From the NCBI GenBank assembly GCA_020137815.1, contig CM035353.1:124001-188000 (forward strand): a DNA stretch of 64,000 bases, read 5' to 3'. Every line of letters starts with the position of its first letter. Within the stretch, counting starts at the first letter, position 1. The DNA comes from Hormiphora californensis (Eukaryota; Animalia; Ctenophora). The notes under the pieces were generated by a model. The model made no database searches. It saw nothing but the letters and a program-made list of their open reading frames with translations, and was not told where the DNA came from. The position numbers were made by a program, and so were the translations under genes. Below are positions 24,469-37,456 of the stretch, one piece after another.

Positions 24469-25619
24469 CTTGGGGTACATTTTTGGAGGTTCGGATGTGA
24501 AATCAATGTAAGAGACACGTGTAAAGACCGCAGGATCGCTAAATACGAAAATTTTTAATTTTGACGTCTTGTTACGTCATACGTGACGTCACGACTTTCA
24601 CGTCATGATAAGGGAATAGTGGATCATGCTCCTGTAGATAAAGAGGCTTGACCACCAAAGGCGACCTCAAATCTTTGTCCAAATCGCTCTCAAAACTTTT
24701 CAACCAAGTTTGAGACGATTGACACGATGTTAGGTCGCTATGCGAAAAACGCACTATCGTCATATCTATTTTCATACAGTCTTAACACGTCAGACGTCGA
24801 TTTTGAGACCCTTAGAAATAGAGTTTTCCAAATTTCGCCATATAGTTTTCTGAAAGTTTTTAGAACGATTATCGTTATAAGTGTGTCTCCGTTTTTCAAA
24901 GTCAGAAACCGTCTCAGGGTGTAAATGGAGCTCCAAGAAAATTTGGTTGGTTTGAAACATGTCTTAAATTCTTTATGAAGTTTGTCCAGAGTTCTGAATT
25001 GGACCCTAAACTAAAAACTATTCGTCTACACATTAACGATTATCTTTTCGAATGCAAACAACCAGAATGTGTCCTATCTATGATGTCGTTTTTCTCTCTC
25101 AAAAACATTATAATTTGGTAAAATAGCGTCTATCCATAGATAGATAGAGAATAGATGATAGATAGATAGATGATACATAGATACAATGACCCGGGACACT
25201 TAATTGCTTTTTTCACGATGCCATAATCTCTAAAACTAAAAGAGATAGAGACTTGCCCTTTTAAACTATAGTAAGATCGACGATTGAACCTGATACCAAA
25301 TTTCAGACTGAATTGGTGGATGGGGGGCCCCCATCGCTATGGGCGTCGCAAATGCCATTTTTTTGGCTAAAACGGAAAAAAAGTTATTACTTACACTGCA
25401 TTCTGGCACGCGCGGCTGGGGGGAAGGAATGGTCCCTTTGCGCTTGCCAGCGCAGTGATATTCCTAGATTTTAACCTTTCTCTCAATGTGTAGCTGATAC
25501 GCTAGTAATTGGAAGCTGTATAAAAACAAGATATGAAGTTTGCACGGCTGGATAAAAAGATTTACATATTCCTGCAAATTGTGGCGGGGGCCCTTGTAGT
25601 GGCCTATCTTGTCCACGAT

Positions 25620-28600
25620 ATGAGTTTCGAACTAACTCGGACGTAAGTAAACATGCACAATGTGGAGGAATATGGAGGATGAAGTACGTGTGCTGTTGCA
25701 AATATCATAATTCATGACCCAATCAAGGTACAGTCGGACCCCTATTTAACGGCCCCCGATTTAGCGGCAACCCATTTAACGGCAGGATAAATTTCCCCAA
25801 CTATGTTTTTAATTTTTTTTTGAAAATTGTTTGAAATTTTTTAAGGTGTTTCAACCACGTCCCGAATCGTGTTTTCGAATCGTGCATCTTATTGCATGTC
25901 TTGCCTGTTAATTAGACGTTCGAAACGAACAGATGTGATCCCCATGAAGGCCCTCGATGCAATTTGAGACAGCTTGTTTAAACTGGCCCCATGGGGATCA
26001 CTGTATCGTTCGTTTCGAACCGTCTAATTATCGACAGGACGTCGATAAGATCACCGATTCGAAACACGATTCGGACGTGGTTGATATATCGTTGAAAATT
26101 TCAGAACTTTTTTTTTGCAAAATTTTACAGAATGATTGTCAATGCTTTTGATCGTTTGCTCCCCATGAATTTTTAGAGAAAAAGATATGTTTGAAATTCC
26201 GAATCTCCTCACCCCGATACGCATGGTCTCACTTATCGGTTCGTTTCGAACCGGCTAATTAGCACAAGAATGCGATAACAATGCAAGAAACACTGATTCG
26301 ATAAACGTTCGACGTGGTGATATAGTACTCGTACCTTTTTTATACCTAATTTTATAATTTTTAAATTGTTTTAAAAAATTACTTTCTTTTCTAATCAAAA
26401 ATTCAATATCATGTATCATACATAGACATTGCATTGACTTAAGTGTTTAAGTATAGTAATTTTGGACAAAAATATGGTTTTAGGGCCCAAATATGCTCTA
26501 CCCCCAACCCAGCCGATTTAACGGATCACCCCAGTACGGACAAAACCCTTTCCTTTCCCCCGAGGGTGCCGTTAATCGTGGTCGAACGTAGTACCCATTG
26601 GTCCCATTGGTTGGTTTTTACTTATTTTGGTCGGTTCATAAATATATGATCCCTCCCTAGGTTTATTTACAACTACGGAGTTATTGGTGGTATCTTTATG
26701 GCGGCTCTAGCAACTGCTTTCACCTATATAGCTGATACTTTGGCGATCCACCGACAGTTCAAGAACTACCCCGGACCACCTAGGACATCTCTGTATTTTG
26801 GAAATTATGATCAAATGGCGAAGGCCCAGAGCCAAAACAAGTTGGTTTTATTCGAGTGCCTCGCAATGACTAGATCACACCATGTTCTTTCTAACCTCCA
26901 AAGCTTTGCAAAGTTCAAGTCTCTATCGCATCAGAACCGAATATTTTATGCTCGAAATAAGCAAAACCCATGTAATCCTATAAAGTATCCTATGCCTGCA
27001 GGTTGTTTGATCTACTAGGTGATTGGATCAATGAACACGGTGACACTATAGTCATCTGGAGGAACAATGTTCCAAAGGTACAACTCTAAAGGCATCTCTT
27101 CAAGGCATCTCTCAAGGTCCAGCGCTCTCACCTTTTCAGCATCCCAAGTCTCTCTAAGTCATCTTACATCTTCTCAGGTGTCTCACTCTCATCAAGTCAT
27201 TCTCAATCTTAGCATCGCTGCATCTCTGGCATCTCCAGCATTTCAATCTCTCTTAGTTTTATCTTCAAGTCATCTTCTGCCCCAAGATCTTAATATCATC
27301 CAATCTCTCAAGTCATCTCTCAAGGTCTCTACAAGCACTCTCAGTCATCTTCAAGTCATCTCTCAAGCATCTCTCAAGTCATCTTACAAGTCATCTCTCA
27401 AGTCATCTCTCAAGTCATCTACTCACTTACAAGTCATCTCTCAAGTCATCTTCCCTCAAGTCAAACCCCTGTCCCCGTGCTGGCGATTATGACACGTAGA
27501 ACACTCAACAAACACCACCGAATCAGCAGGAACACACCACCAATCAATCCGCACGTGCATGGTATCCACCCACTCTCCCCACCGTGAATCCCCTTGTCCA
27601 CCAACTATACAGCACACCCATTAACACGTAGAAACATTTTATATGTTTGGATTTTATGTTGTAAGACTATTACTATCCAGTTTAAACTCTTATACTAATT
27701 AATATACCCTCTTTAGTTCTTCACGGCTGATCCCGATGTCATCAGGAACATGCTAACAGACATTGTTACATTCAAGAAGATGGTAGCAATCCCTAACAGG
27801 TATTTAATAATAGTCAAAACATCAACATTTCCTGATTTATAACGTATCAATATTGTGTAGTGACATGATATAGTGCAAGCTTGAGCTTTTTGCGATCTTT
27901 GGAAGAGACTGGTGCAGATGGGGAAATGAATGAATTGTATCTGTAACAGTAAAACAACTAGTAGTATCTGTAGCAACTATAATAGCAGTAGAACAATGTT
28001 CTAAGAGCACGGAAACTCGTCATTGCTAATGAGTAACCCCAAATTACATAACAAGGCTTGCTAGCTGTTCTTGATATATCTGCCTATCTCATTTTCAAGT
28101 GGCCTTTTAGATTGTGCTAGTCCGATCTTTTCCCTTCGAAAACTGTATACGATACGCCTGGCTGATCCATACTAAGATATTTGCCCCTTTACAAATAAAA
28201 TGTAAAGGGAGGGTTAGAACATAACAATGAGATATTGTACTATCTCACTTTTTTTTCTCACGATACCTGCACGAGTGGTGTTTGCTAGCACATCCTACAC
28301 TCGATCATACTTCTAAAACAACTTATAGTGAAACTCTGTAAAGTAGTAGGCTTACAACATGATACAGATCGATCTAAACTTGAACTTCCTGCACAGGACG
28401 CTGTTTGGCCAACGAATAACAGGGAAATCTTCTTTCTTAACAGTCTCAGAAGGGCAGTCATGGGCCAGCAAGCGGAAAGTAATGTCCCCTTATTTTACCA
28501 AGATCCGCCTTGCTGAAATATTCAACAGGTATTTCAAGGGGGGTCGGATGTGTTCCTAGAATTTCTAACGACTCGTAGATTCTATTCAGGACAAGATTTA

Positions 28601-31600
28601 CAAGTCATCAGAAGTCCATAATAAAATATTCAAAATTCAAACTTGTAACAACAAAACATCATTTAATTATATCAGGAGCAATGATTTCATTACACGTGGC
28701 ATTGACAAGCAGATGAAGGAAGTGACATGTGGGGAAACTGTGGTCGACCTAGTGGACTTTTATGGGGAACTCTATCAGTTCTTCTTGGGTGAATTTCATA
28801 TTTAGAATTTTGTTTCATATTTGATGTTGAAAATATAAAGCTCTAGCCTAATAACTTTTACCTGTAAACCGTGTAAAAAAATCTAATACGGCAGGTCAGA
28901 AGAATCTCGACACGCTCCCCTACACCCCTGTATTGTTCAACCCTAAATATTTCGATCGATACCCACTTTTTTGGTAAATCGAAACTTAATTTCGAAGTTT
29001 TTCGAAGTTTAAAGTGAGAGTGGACCGAATCAGAATTGGACAAGTTTGTTGTAGGTGGTAGAGATTAGCTTTCTGAGCATTTTGCGTTTTTGCCGCTCAA
29101 AATCGACCCACCCATCACTGAGATATTTTTGTTATGTTGGCAGAATTCCTGCTGGATCAATATTTATCAAACAGGATAGAAACAATCCTTGTGTTTTACT
29201 AACACATTCTTTAAATTTTTAATATGCTAACTTGCATCGTTCTGCTTCTGTGAATGAGCATGTCAACCTCACTCCTTATATTCAGAATGTGTTAGTAAAA
29301 CACGACGATTGTTTCTATTTTGTTTTTTACATACTGATTAAACAGGAGTTCTCCCAACATAACAAAAATATCTCAGTGATGGGTGTGTCGATTTTGAGCG
29401 GCAAAAACGCAAAATGCTCAGAGCACTAATATCTACTACCTACAACAAACTTGTCCAATTCTGACTCGGTCCACTCTCACTTTAAGTTCGAAAATTTTGT
29501 GGAATCAAAATCGAAATTTTTATGCTGAAACCCCCTCCCCCTCCATTTTGACGTGTAGTAACACCCCATGTGTAATTATAGGTGCTCTTGGGTTTGATCT
29601 GGATTGTGGGTTTGTGTCGACCAATGCCAAGTTCCATAACACGGTGATCCAAGAACTACTTAAGTGGATACCCCAACAGTTCCAGGGATTCTCTAAACTC
29701 TTTCAAATGAGGGTATGTGACATTAATTTACAATAATTAATTAATTAATTAACATTGTCCCATTTCCAGTGTCCCATTCTATAGGGCTCCGATATATAAC
29801 AATAATAACCGACCCTTTCTTCGTGCTCATAAATTAATTAACCTAACATGATAACCGACCCATTCTTCGTGAATATAATGCAGTGCTCATGAATTAATTA
29901 ACCTAACATGATAACCGACCCTTTCTTCGTGAATATAATGCAGTGCTCATAAATTAATTAACCTAACATGATAACCGACCCATTCTTCGTGAATATAATG
30001 CAGTGCTCATAAATTAATTAACCTAACATGATAACCGACCCATTCTTCGTGAATATAATACAGTGCTCATGAATTAATTAACCTAACATGATAACCGACC
30101 CATTCTTCGTGAATATAATGCAGTGCTCATGAATTAATTAACCTAACATGATAACCGACCCATTCTTCGTGAATATAATACAGTGCTCATGAATTAATTA
30201 ACCTAACATGATTTAACCGACCCATTCTTCGTGAATATAATACAGTGCTCATAAATTAATTAACCTAACATGATTTAACCGACCCATTCTTCGTGAATAT
30301 AATGCAGTGCTCATGAATTAATTAACCTAACATGATTTAACCGACCCATTCTTCGTGAATATAATACAGTGCTCATGAATTAATTAACCTAACATGATAA
30401 CCGACCCATTCTTCGTGAATATAATGCAGTGCTCATGAATTAATTAACCTAACATGATAACCGACCCTTTCTTCGTGAATATAATGCAGTGCTCATAAAT
30501 TAATTAACCTAACATGATAACCGACCCATTCTTCGTGAATATAATGCAGTGCTCATAAATTAATTAACCTAACATGATAACCGACCCATTCTTCGTGAAT
30601 ATAATACAGTGCTCATGAATTAATTAACCTAACATGATAACCGACCCATTCTTCGTGAATATAATGCAGTGCTCATGAATTAATTAACCTAACATGATAA
30701 CCGACCCATTCTTCGTGAATATAATACAGTGCTCATGAATTAATTAACCTAACATGATTTAACCGACCCATTCTTCGTGAATATAATACAGTGCTCATAA
30801 ATTAATTAACCTAACATGATTTAACCGACCCATTCTTCGTGAATATAATGCAGTGCTCATGAATTAATTAACCTAACATGATTTAACCGACCCATTCTTC
30901 GTGAATATAATACAGTGCTCATGAATTAATTAACCTAACATGATAACCGACCCATTCTTCGTGAATATAATACAGTGCTCATGAATTAATTAACCTAACA
31001 TGATAACCGACCCATTCTTCGTGAATATAATGCAGTGCTCATGAATTAATTAACCTAACATGATTTAACCGACCCATTCTTCGTGAATATAATACAGTGC
31101 TCATGAATTAATTAACCTAACATGATAACCGACCCATTCTTCGTGAATATAATACAGTGCTCATGAATTAATTAACCTAACATGATAACCGACCCATTCT
31201 TCGTGAATATAATAGCAGTGCTCATGAATTAATTAACCTAACATGATAACCGACCCATTCTTCGTGAATATAATACAGTGCTCATGAATTAATTAACCTA
31301 ACATGATAACCGACCCATTCTTCGTGAATATAATACAGTGCTCATGAATTAATTAACCTAACATGATAACCGACCCATTCTTCGTGAATATAATACAGTG
31401 CTCATGAATTAATTAACCTAACATGATTAACCGACCCATTCTTCGTGAATATAATACAGTGCTCATGAATTAATTAACCTAACATGATTTAACCGACCCA
31501 TTCTTCGTGAATATAATGCAGTGCTCATGAATTAATTAACCTAACATGATTTAACCGACCCATTCTTCGTGAATATAATGCAGTGCTCATGAATTAATTA

Positions 31601-34120
31601 ACCTAACATGATAACCGACCCATTCTTCGTGAATATAATACAGTGCTCATGAATTAATTAACCTAACATGATTTAACCGACCCATTCTTCGTGAATATAA
31701 TGCAGTGCTCATGAATTAATTAACCTAACATGATTTAACCGACCCATTCTTCGTGAATATAATGCAGTGCTCATGAATTAATTAACCTAACATGATTTAA
31801 CCGACCCATTCTTCGTGAATATAATGCAGTGCTCATGAATTAATTAACCTAACATGATTAACCGACCCATTCTTCGTGAATATAATACAGTGCTCATGAA
31901 TTAATTAACCTAACATGATTTAACCGACCCATTCTTCGTGAATATAATGCAGTGCTCATGAATTAATTAACCTAACATGATAACCGACCCATTCTTCGTG
32001 AATATAATACAGTGCTCATAAATTAATTAACCTAACATGATTTAACCGACCCATTCTTCGTGAATATAATGCAGTGCTCATGAATTAATTAACCTAACAT
32101 GATTTAACCGACCCATTCTTCGTGAATATAATACAGTGCTCATGAATTAATTAACCTAACATGATTTAACCGACCCATTCTTCGTGAATATAATGCAGTG
32201 CTCATGATTAATTAACCTAACATGATAACCGACCCATTCTTCGTGAATATAATACAGTGCTCATAAATTAATTAACCTAACATGATTTAACCGACCCATT
32301 CTTCGTGAATATAATACAGTGCTCATGAATTAATTAACCTAACATGATTTAACCGACCCATTCTTCGTGAATATAATACAGTGCTCATGAATTAATTAAC
32401 CTAACATGATTTAACCGACCCATTCTTCGTGAATATAATGCAGTGCTCATAAATTAATTAACCTAACATGATAACCGACCCATTCTTCGTGAATATAATG
32501 CAGTGCTCATGAATTAATTAACCTAACATGATTTAACCGACCCTTTCTTCGTGAATATAATACAGTGCTCATGAATTAATTAACCTAACATGATAACCGA
32601 CCCATTCTTCGTGAATATAATGCAGTGCTCATAAATTAATTAACCTAACATGATAACCGACCCATTCTTCGTGAATATAATGCAGTGCTCATGAATTAAT
32701 TAACCTAACATGATTTAACCGACCCTTTCTTCGTGAATATAATACAGTGCTCATGAATTAATTAACCTAACATATATTTCCAGTTTAACTCAGAGGTAAA
32801 TGACACCATTTGTCATTTGACGAAACTCCGAAACCTATGCGAGGAAATCCTTGACTTTAAGATAGCGGAAATAAAGAAGCGTGGAAGTGCAGATCCTACT
32901 GACATCCTGCACCATGTAGTGGAGGCTGGTATCGCTACTGCCTCCGTCAATAAGGGAGGGTACAGTGAGGAGGATATGAGGATCAACGCCATGGATGATA
33001 TCATGACGATATTCCTCGTTATCGTAAGTAGTTGCAGATCTGATATCAATAGATAATCGTAATTGTTCTATTACTGTAATTATAGGGGGCCGGTACTGCA
33101 CCTTCTCTCTCTCTTGCAAGATCTTGTTGAGTAATAATACACAACAACATATCTCTCACGATAGCATATAATATACCTCCAATCTCTCTTATCTTAAATC
33201 AACACCTACACCCCATAGGATAACATGGCCAAGACGATGGCAACGATTCTAGTTCGCGTCATTCGAGATGAACAGATCTACAAGAAGGTGTGTGAGGAAG
33301 TGAGGCAGGCTAAAACTGATGATCTCCTGGCCATGGATAAGAGTCTAAAATACACAGAAATGGTATGTTACACGCAGAACTAATTGATAATTACCATGGT
33401 AATCTGGTTACCATGGTAACCACATTGTGAAATGGTAACCATACACCCACATAACAGTATACATTTTTCCTCTCAGGTAATTCTAGAAGCTTTACGACTC
33501 CATCCCACCCTCATGAGAGGCATCCGTAAAACTGGACCCAAGGCTATAACCCTAACTAATGGAATGGTGGTTCCGGAGAAAACGATGATCTTCTTTGGGC
33601 AACTTGTTCTACACAGGCACCCCAAATATTGGGCGGATCCACTTGAATTCAAACCAGGTCAGTTAATCGAACTTAGAATATAACATTATCCAGAATAGGA
33701 ATCCTTGTCGTGACAATAGATCCTTCTCGCACTAAAGATCTTTCCGAACCGCATGTGACATTACAGTATAGTAGTATTAACATGTTATACCATGCCTTTC
33801 CAAACCGCATGTGACATTACAGTATAGTATGGCTTAACATGTTATACCATGCCTTTTCAGAGCGCTGGGAGAACGGATCGCGTGACGTCACACCCTTTAC
33901 ATATCTTCCATTTGTTGCGGGACCCCGTGTTTGTATGGGGAAACATCTCGCGATGATGAGTATGAAAATGGCCATGATTCACACCCTCAAGAACTACAAT
34001 ATTAGACCTGTACCCGGGACGGAGAAGGAAATGGATTGGGATTATAGGTTTACTATTGTTAAGCCAACAAAGGGGCACAAGGTTATATTTGAACCTGTTC
34101 AACAACCAACTGAAAGTTAG
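25620..34120 (+). CDS. Cytochrome P450, clan-46-like, 520 aa; exons 25620-25642, 26661-26840, 27002-27077, 27717-27799, 28397-28528, 28676-28788, 29582-29712, 32784-33023, 33219-33362, 33477-33657, 33861-34120
   Basis: All ten introns are GT-AG and phase-consistent (1563 nt). N-terminal TM followed by PGPPR, then WxxxR (WASKR), ExxR (EALR), PERW and heme motif FVAGPRVCMG. GPPRTS and TLFGQRITG resemble CYP46A1. Confidence 0.93.
25731..26588. mobile_element. pogo/Tc1-like non-autonomous element in CYP intron 1
   Basis: TA|CAGTCGGACCCCTATTTAACGG start and a degenerate inverted end. Internal inverted block at 25850-26085. Confidence 0.6.
27080..27465. repeat. 12-bp minisatellite (CAAGTCATCTCT)n starting at the donor of CYP exon 3
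   Basis: Tandem copies, degraded at the 5' end. It explains the spurious Ser/Leu-rich ORF 27067..27492. Confidence 0.8.
29003..29490. mobile_element. Foldback MITE with ~200-bp inverted arms in CYP intron 6
   Basis: AAAGTGAGAGTGGACCGAATCAGAATTGGACAAGTTTGTTGTAGGT... / ...ACCTACAACAAACTTGTCCAATTCTGACTCGGTCCACTCTCACTTT. Confidence 0.85.
29804..32773. repeat. Homogeneous 60/62-bp satellite, ~49 copies, filling CYP intron 7
   Basis: Unit GTGCTCATGAATTAATTAACCTAACATGAT(TT)AACCGACCCATTCTTCGTGAATATAATRCA. It ends ~10 nt before the exon-8 acceptor. No unique spacers. Confidence 0.97.
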
Positions 34121-34762
34121 GATACTTTTTGTTTTCTTTTCCTCTGTCATTGAGATGAGGATGAGGGTAGAGTTCAGTATATCCCAGCTGACAATTCTTA
34201 TAAACATTCTGATCTGCTTACTTTTTCCGAGACCCGATCGGAGCTGTATTAGTGTATAATATTGAATGGTCGAGCATTGATTATTTTTTAATTTCATAAG
34301 GGAAAACTATTTTATTAGCTGAATAAGAATTGATTAAATTTATTTGTTGAATCTAAATTAAGGAATACTTTTAATAATTGTACTTTACAGTCAAAACATT
34401 TACCGGAACCCCAATTGACCGGATGAAAGAAATGTATCTCGATATAAAGTGCATACCATATTTGAGTCACAATTCACACTACTGTCCGGGCCATGTAACT
34501 TAGGGCTATGTACTATCAATTATCATACTAATGTACTTTATGTAGTTAGTATGAATTGAGTCAAAGTTCAAGGAAAATCAAAAACGTAAATACATTGTCT
34601 GTCCTGTGATAGATTTTGAAGGGTTAATCAGATTTCGAATAGATGTTCTAGCTTCAGATCGCACTACAAATTGGCTGTGTAGCAGCCCCTCTACGAAGAA
34701 TGGGCGCGACGTGCCCTGCAATACTTCACAAAATGAAAAGGAGTATAATCATGTTTTCTGAT

Positions 34763-35899
34763 TCATTGGTTATCATCGGAACTGTTATTCCGCAAAAGAC
34801 ACCGATTAAAATCCTTTAGACACTTCATTTGGGCCTCGGAGAACTGGAGGTTCGGCTGAATGTCCACTAGCGTTCTTATTGCCTGTGGGGAAATGTATTT
34901 TTATGTGGCGAAACAGGGTCGCAATGGGAAATGTCACAGAGAGGGGGAAATTTACAATTCTATGTACGACACAGGGGGGGTGAACACTGAACAGTTGAAA
35001 TGGACCTGTTTGATGGATTTGCTGTGGTTGCTCATCAAATAACACGCCATGAGTACTGCGCTTCTACAGGCCCTACTGTAACACCGAATGAAGGTCTTGC
35101 CTCCGTTATCAGCAGTCTCTTCAATGAACTCTAGAGCACCAAATATCTGGGCCATGTTCGGAGGAGTCTTTGGGTTCGGTGTGTGGTACTCCAAATGCCT
35201 CCTCCCATCTCTCGTCCACCTGCAATATTTCGTGTGATAAAACCGGAGTACAAAGCCTACTACTAGCTAGGAACGGCTGCTGATGTCAGTATATTCCCTA
35301 ATCCAGCTACCATTTCCCCGAAAGTCGCCCGTAGGGCGCGGCGAACGGGTTTACTAGTAATCTAAAAAGGGCCCGAAGGACCTTCAAGTACCTGTGTTCG
35401 CGATAGCAGGTATGTTGGCAGGGAATGTTAAAGCTAACTACGGAGCTACACCCATAATCCGTGCTGAACTCTGTATTAGGGGTAAAGAACACGGTATCAT
35501 CATCTATATAGAGCTGAAACAAGGGTCAGTTAATTTGAATTGAGACGTCCCCTAGATAAGTCGTTACGTTCGGCAAACTATACAAATTATGTATACGCCA
35601 CGCCACGTGTAGGTACCTTTGCTTTGGGAGTTAGATTATGAAAAACTTTTTGTCAACACAACTTATTATATGGATATCATGGATATCTAGCCCGACTCTC
35701 TTTCCATGCTCATTTACAAAAGATCAGGGTTAGAACTTCACAAGATATATCTCTCTACACAGCTGCAACTTACTGGTTGTCTTGTTACGATGGTTTTCGT
35801 GGAATCAGTTCGGGAAAGTGCGCTGGACACCATGGTTGAGGTGCTGCTAACACTAGCCCTCTTCATCAATAGGGCATGCTTGTCCCCGGCGATATTCAT
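34763..35899 (-). CDS. PTPMT1-like dual-specificity phosphatase-fold protein with degenerate active site (~193 aa); exons 35899-35774, 35513-35392, 35219-35006, 34882-34763
   Basis: Phase-consistent GT-AG exons. W...G..HL.YHTPN...P....I..ALEFI......G.KTFIRCYSRACRSAVLMACYLM..H..S..QAI..L..I.P.....Q..CLKDF follows the PTPMT1 layout. The exact 3' end is uncertain. Confidence 0.78.
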
Positions 35900-35963
35900 T
35901 TGAAAAGTACTACAAAATTTAATATGTTACAACGGTGAAAATGCAAAGTTAAGTACATACAAT

Positions 35964-36847
35964 TGTGCGGCAAAAAAAAGCCCCCCCCCCCTAGACCACC
36001 ATAGTTGCCGATGTGGTGGAGAGCTGTAACTTGGCAGGGTTGCTCCACTATGTCTATCTTGATCCTGACAGAAAAATCAGAGCTCTAGCTCAAAATTCAT
36101 TTTTTTGATAGGAATGAACATTGTCATTCATTCCAAGAAAAAAATATTTTCGGTCCAGAATTCAAGCAATTATCTTTGGCCATCGATTAGCTTTCCAATG
36201 TGACCAAGATCATCTAAATTGGGCAACCACAAGAGACACAGTGTCATGTTTCTTAAAGTTAGTCAGGTCATGTGATCTTCACCGAATCGTTGATTATCCG
36301 GGATTGCTAATCGAGCCAATGGGCAGAGGAATCTCGTATCACGGCCGCTAATGAGGTATGTGTACCAATACAGGGTAATGTGATTCGAGGAAAGAGGACA
36401 TTTATCAAAGAGCTACAGATCTCATGACCAATCAGCATCGTCATCCCTCATTAGTAGCCGTGATACGTGATTCTCTACCACTTAGACCGATTCGTAATAC
36501 TGAACACTCAACGATTCGGTAAAGATCACATGACCTGATTAAATTTAAGAAAGATGACACTGTGTCTCTTGTGGTTGCCCAATTTAGATGATCTTGGTCA
36601 CATTGGAAAGCTAATCGATGGCCAAAGATAATTGCTTGAATTCTGGACCGAAAATATTTTTTTCTTGGAATGAATGACAATGTTCATTCCTATCAAAAAA
36701 ATGAATTTTGAGCTAGAGCTCTGATTTTTCTGTCAGGATCAAGATAGACATAGTGGAGCAACCCTGCCAAGTTACAGCTCTCCACCACATCGGCAACTAT
36801 GGTGGTCTAGGGGGGGGGGGGGGGCTTTTTTTTGCCGCACACGGTAG
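35964..36847. mobile_element. Large foldback element (~400-bp inverted arms, outer ~280 bp essentially identical), Mutator-like
   Basis: Mirror ORFs 36121+ and 36441- share an identical N-terminal translation. GTACATACAA occurs on both flanks (35953-35962, 36848-36857), a possible 10-bp TSD. Confidence 0.85.
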
Positions 36848-37417
36848 GTACATACAAAAATCAGAGGAAATCACACCTATACAGAATCATATTTTGCACC
36901 ATTATCAAAAGGGCACCATTATCAAAAGGGTAAATTATTACAAAAGGGTAAATTATGACTTGTCTGCAGAACTTAGAACCAGCTGATCTGTCTAGCAAGA
37001 AGGCTTAACGTCAATTAAATTTAAACAAGAAATGACGCAATGAATCATACCCACGAATCATACCCACGAAAAACACGCTATGTATAACCTTCCCTAACAA
37101 AATATGTATAGAGCTCGCCACTACTAGGCAAAGAAATGTCACATCTTCATGGATTATATGGAGATTAATCGAGAATTCTACACACCACTGAGGTGTAAAA
37201 TGTAGAAATAATAGAGAGGGCAAGCCCCCCACACTTTTGAAAAATGTTTAGTCCTCAGCTGATTCAACTCAACTGAACTCAAGAAGTAAAAAGATGCGGC
37301 ATAAAAGCTATGTAGTTATTATATAGCTACAGCGATATTCAATAAAAACACCCAACAAAGCTATTGGTTATTAGCAGTACACAAACAGTATATAACTTCA
37401 GGAACAGGCTTTCTGTA

Positions 37418-37456
<39 letters not shown>

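Noticed and set aside
29804-32773. CRISPR-like regular array
   Set aside because: Units are near-identical end to end with no unique spacers, there are no cas genes, and it lies in a eukaryotic intron.
34660-34715. Extra terminal exon of the phosphatase-like gene
   Set aside because: The preceding exon reads to its own stop at 34763 and the candidate donors are weak.
36121-36680. Two 'duplicated genes' on opposite strands
   Set aside because: Mirror translations of the arms of a foldback element.
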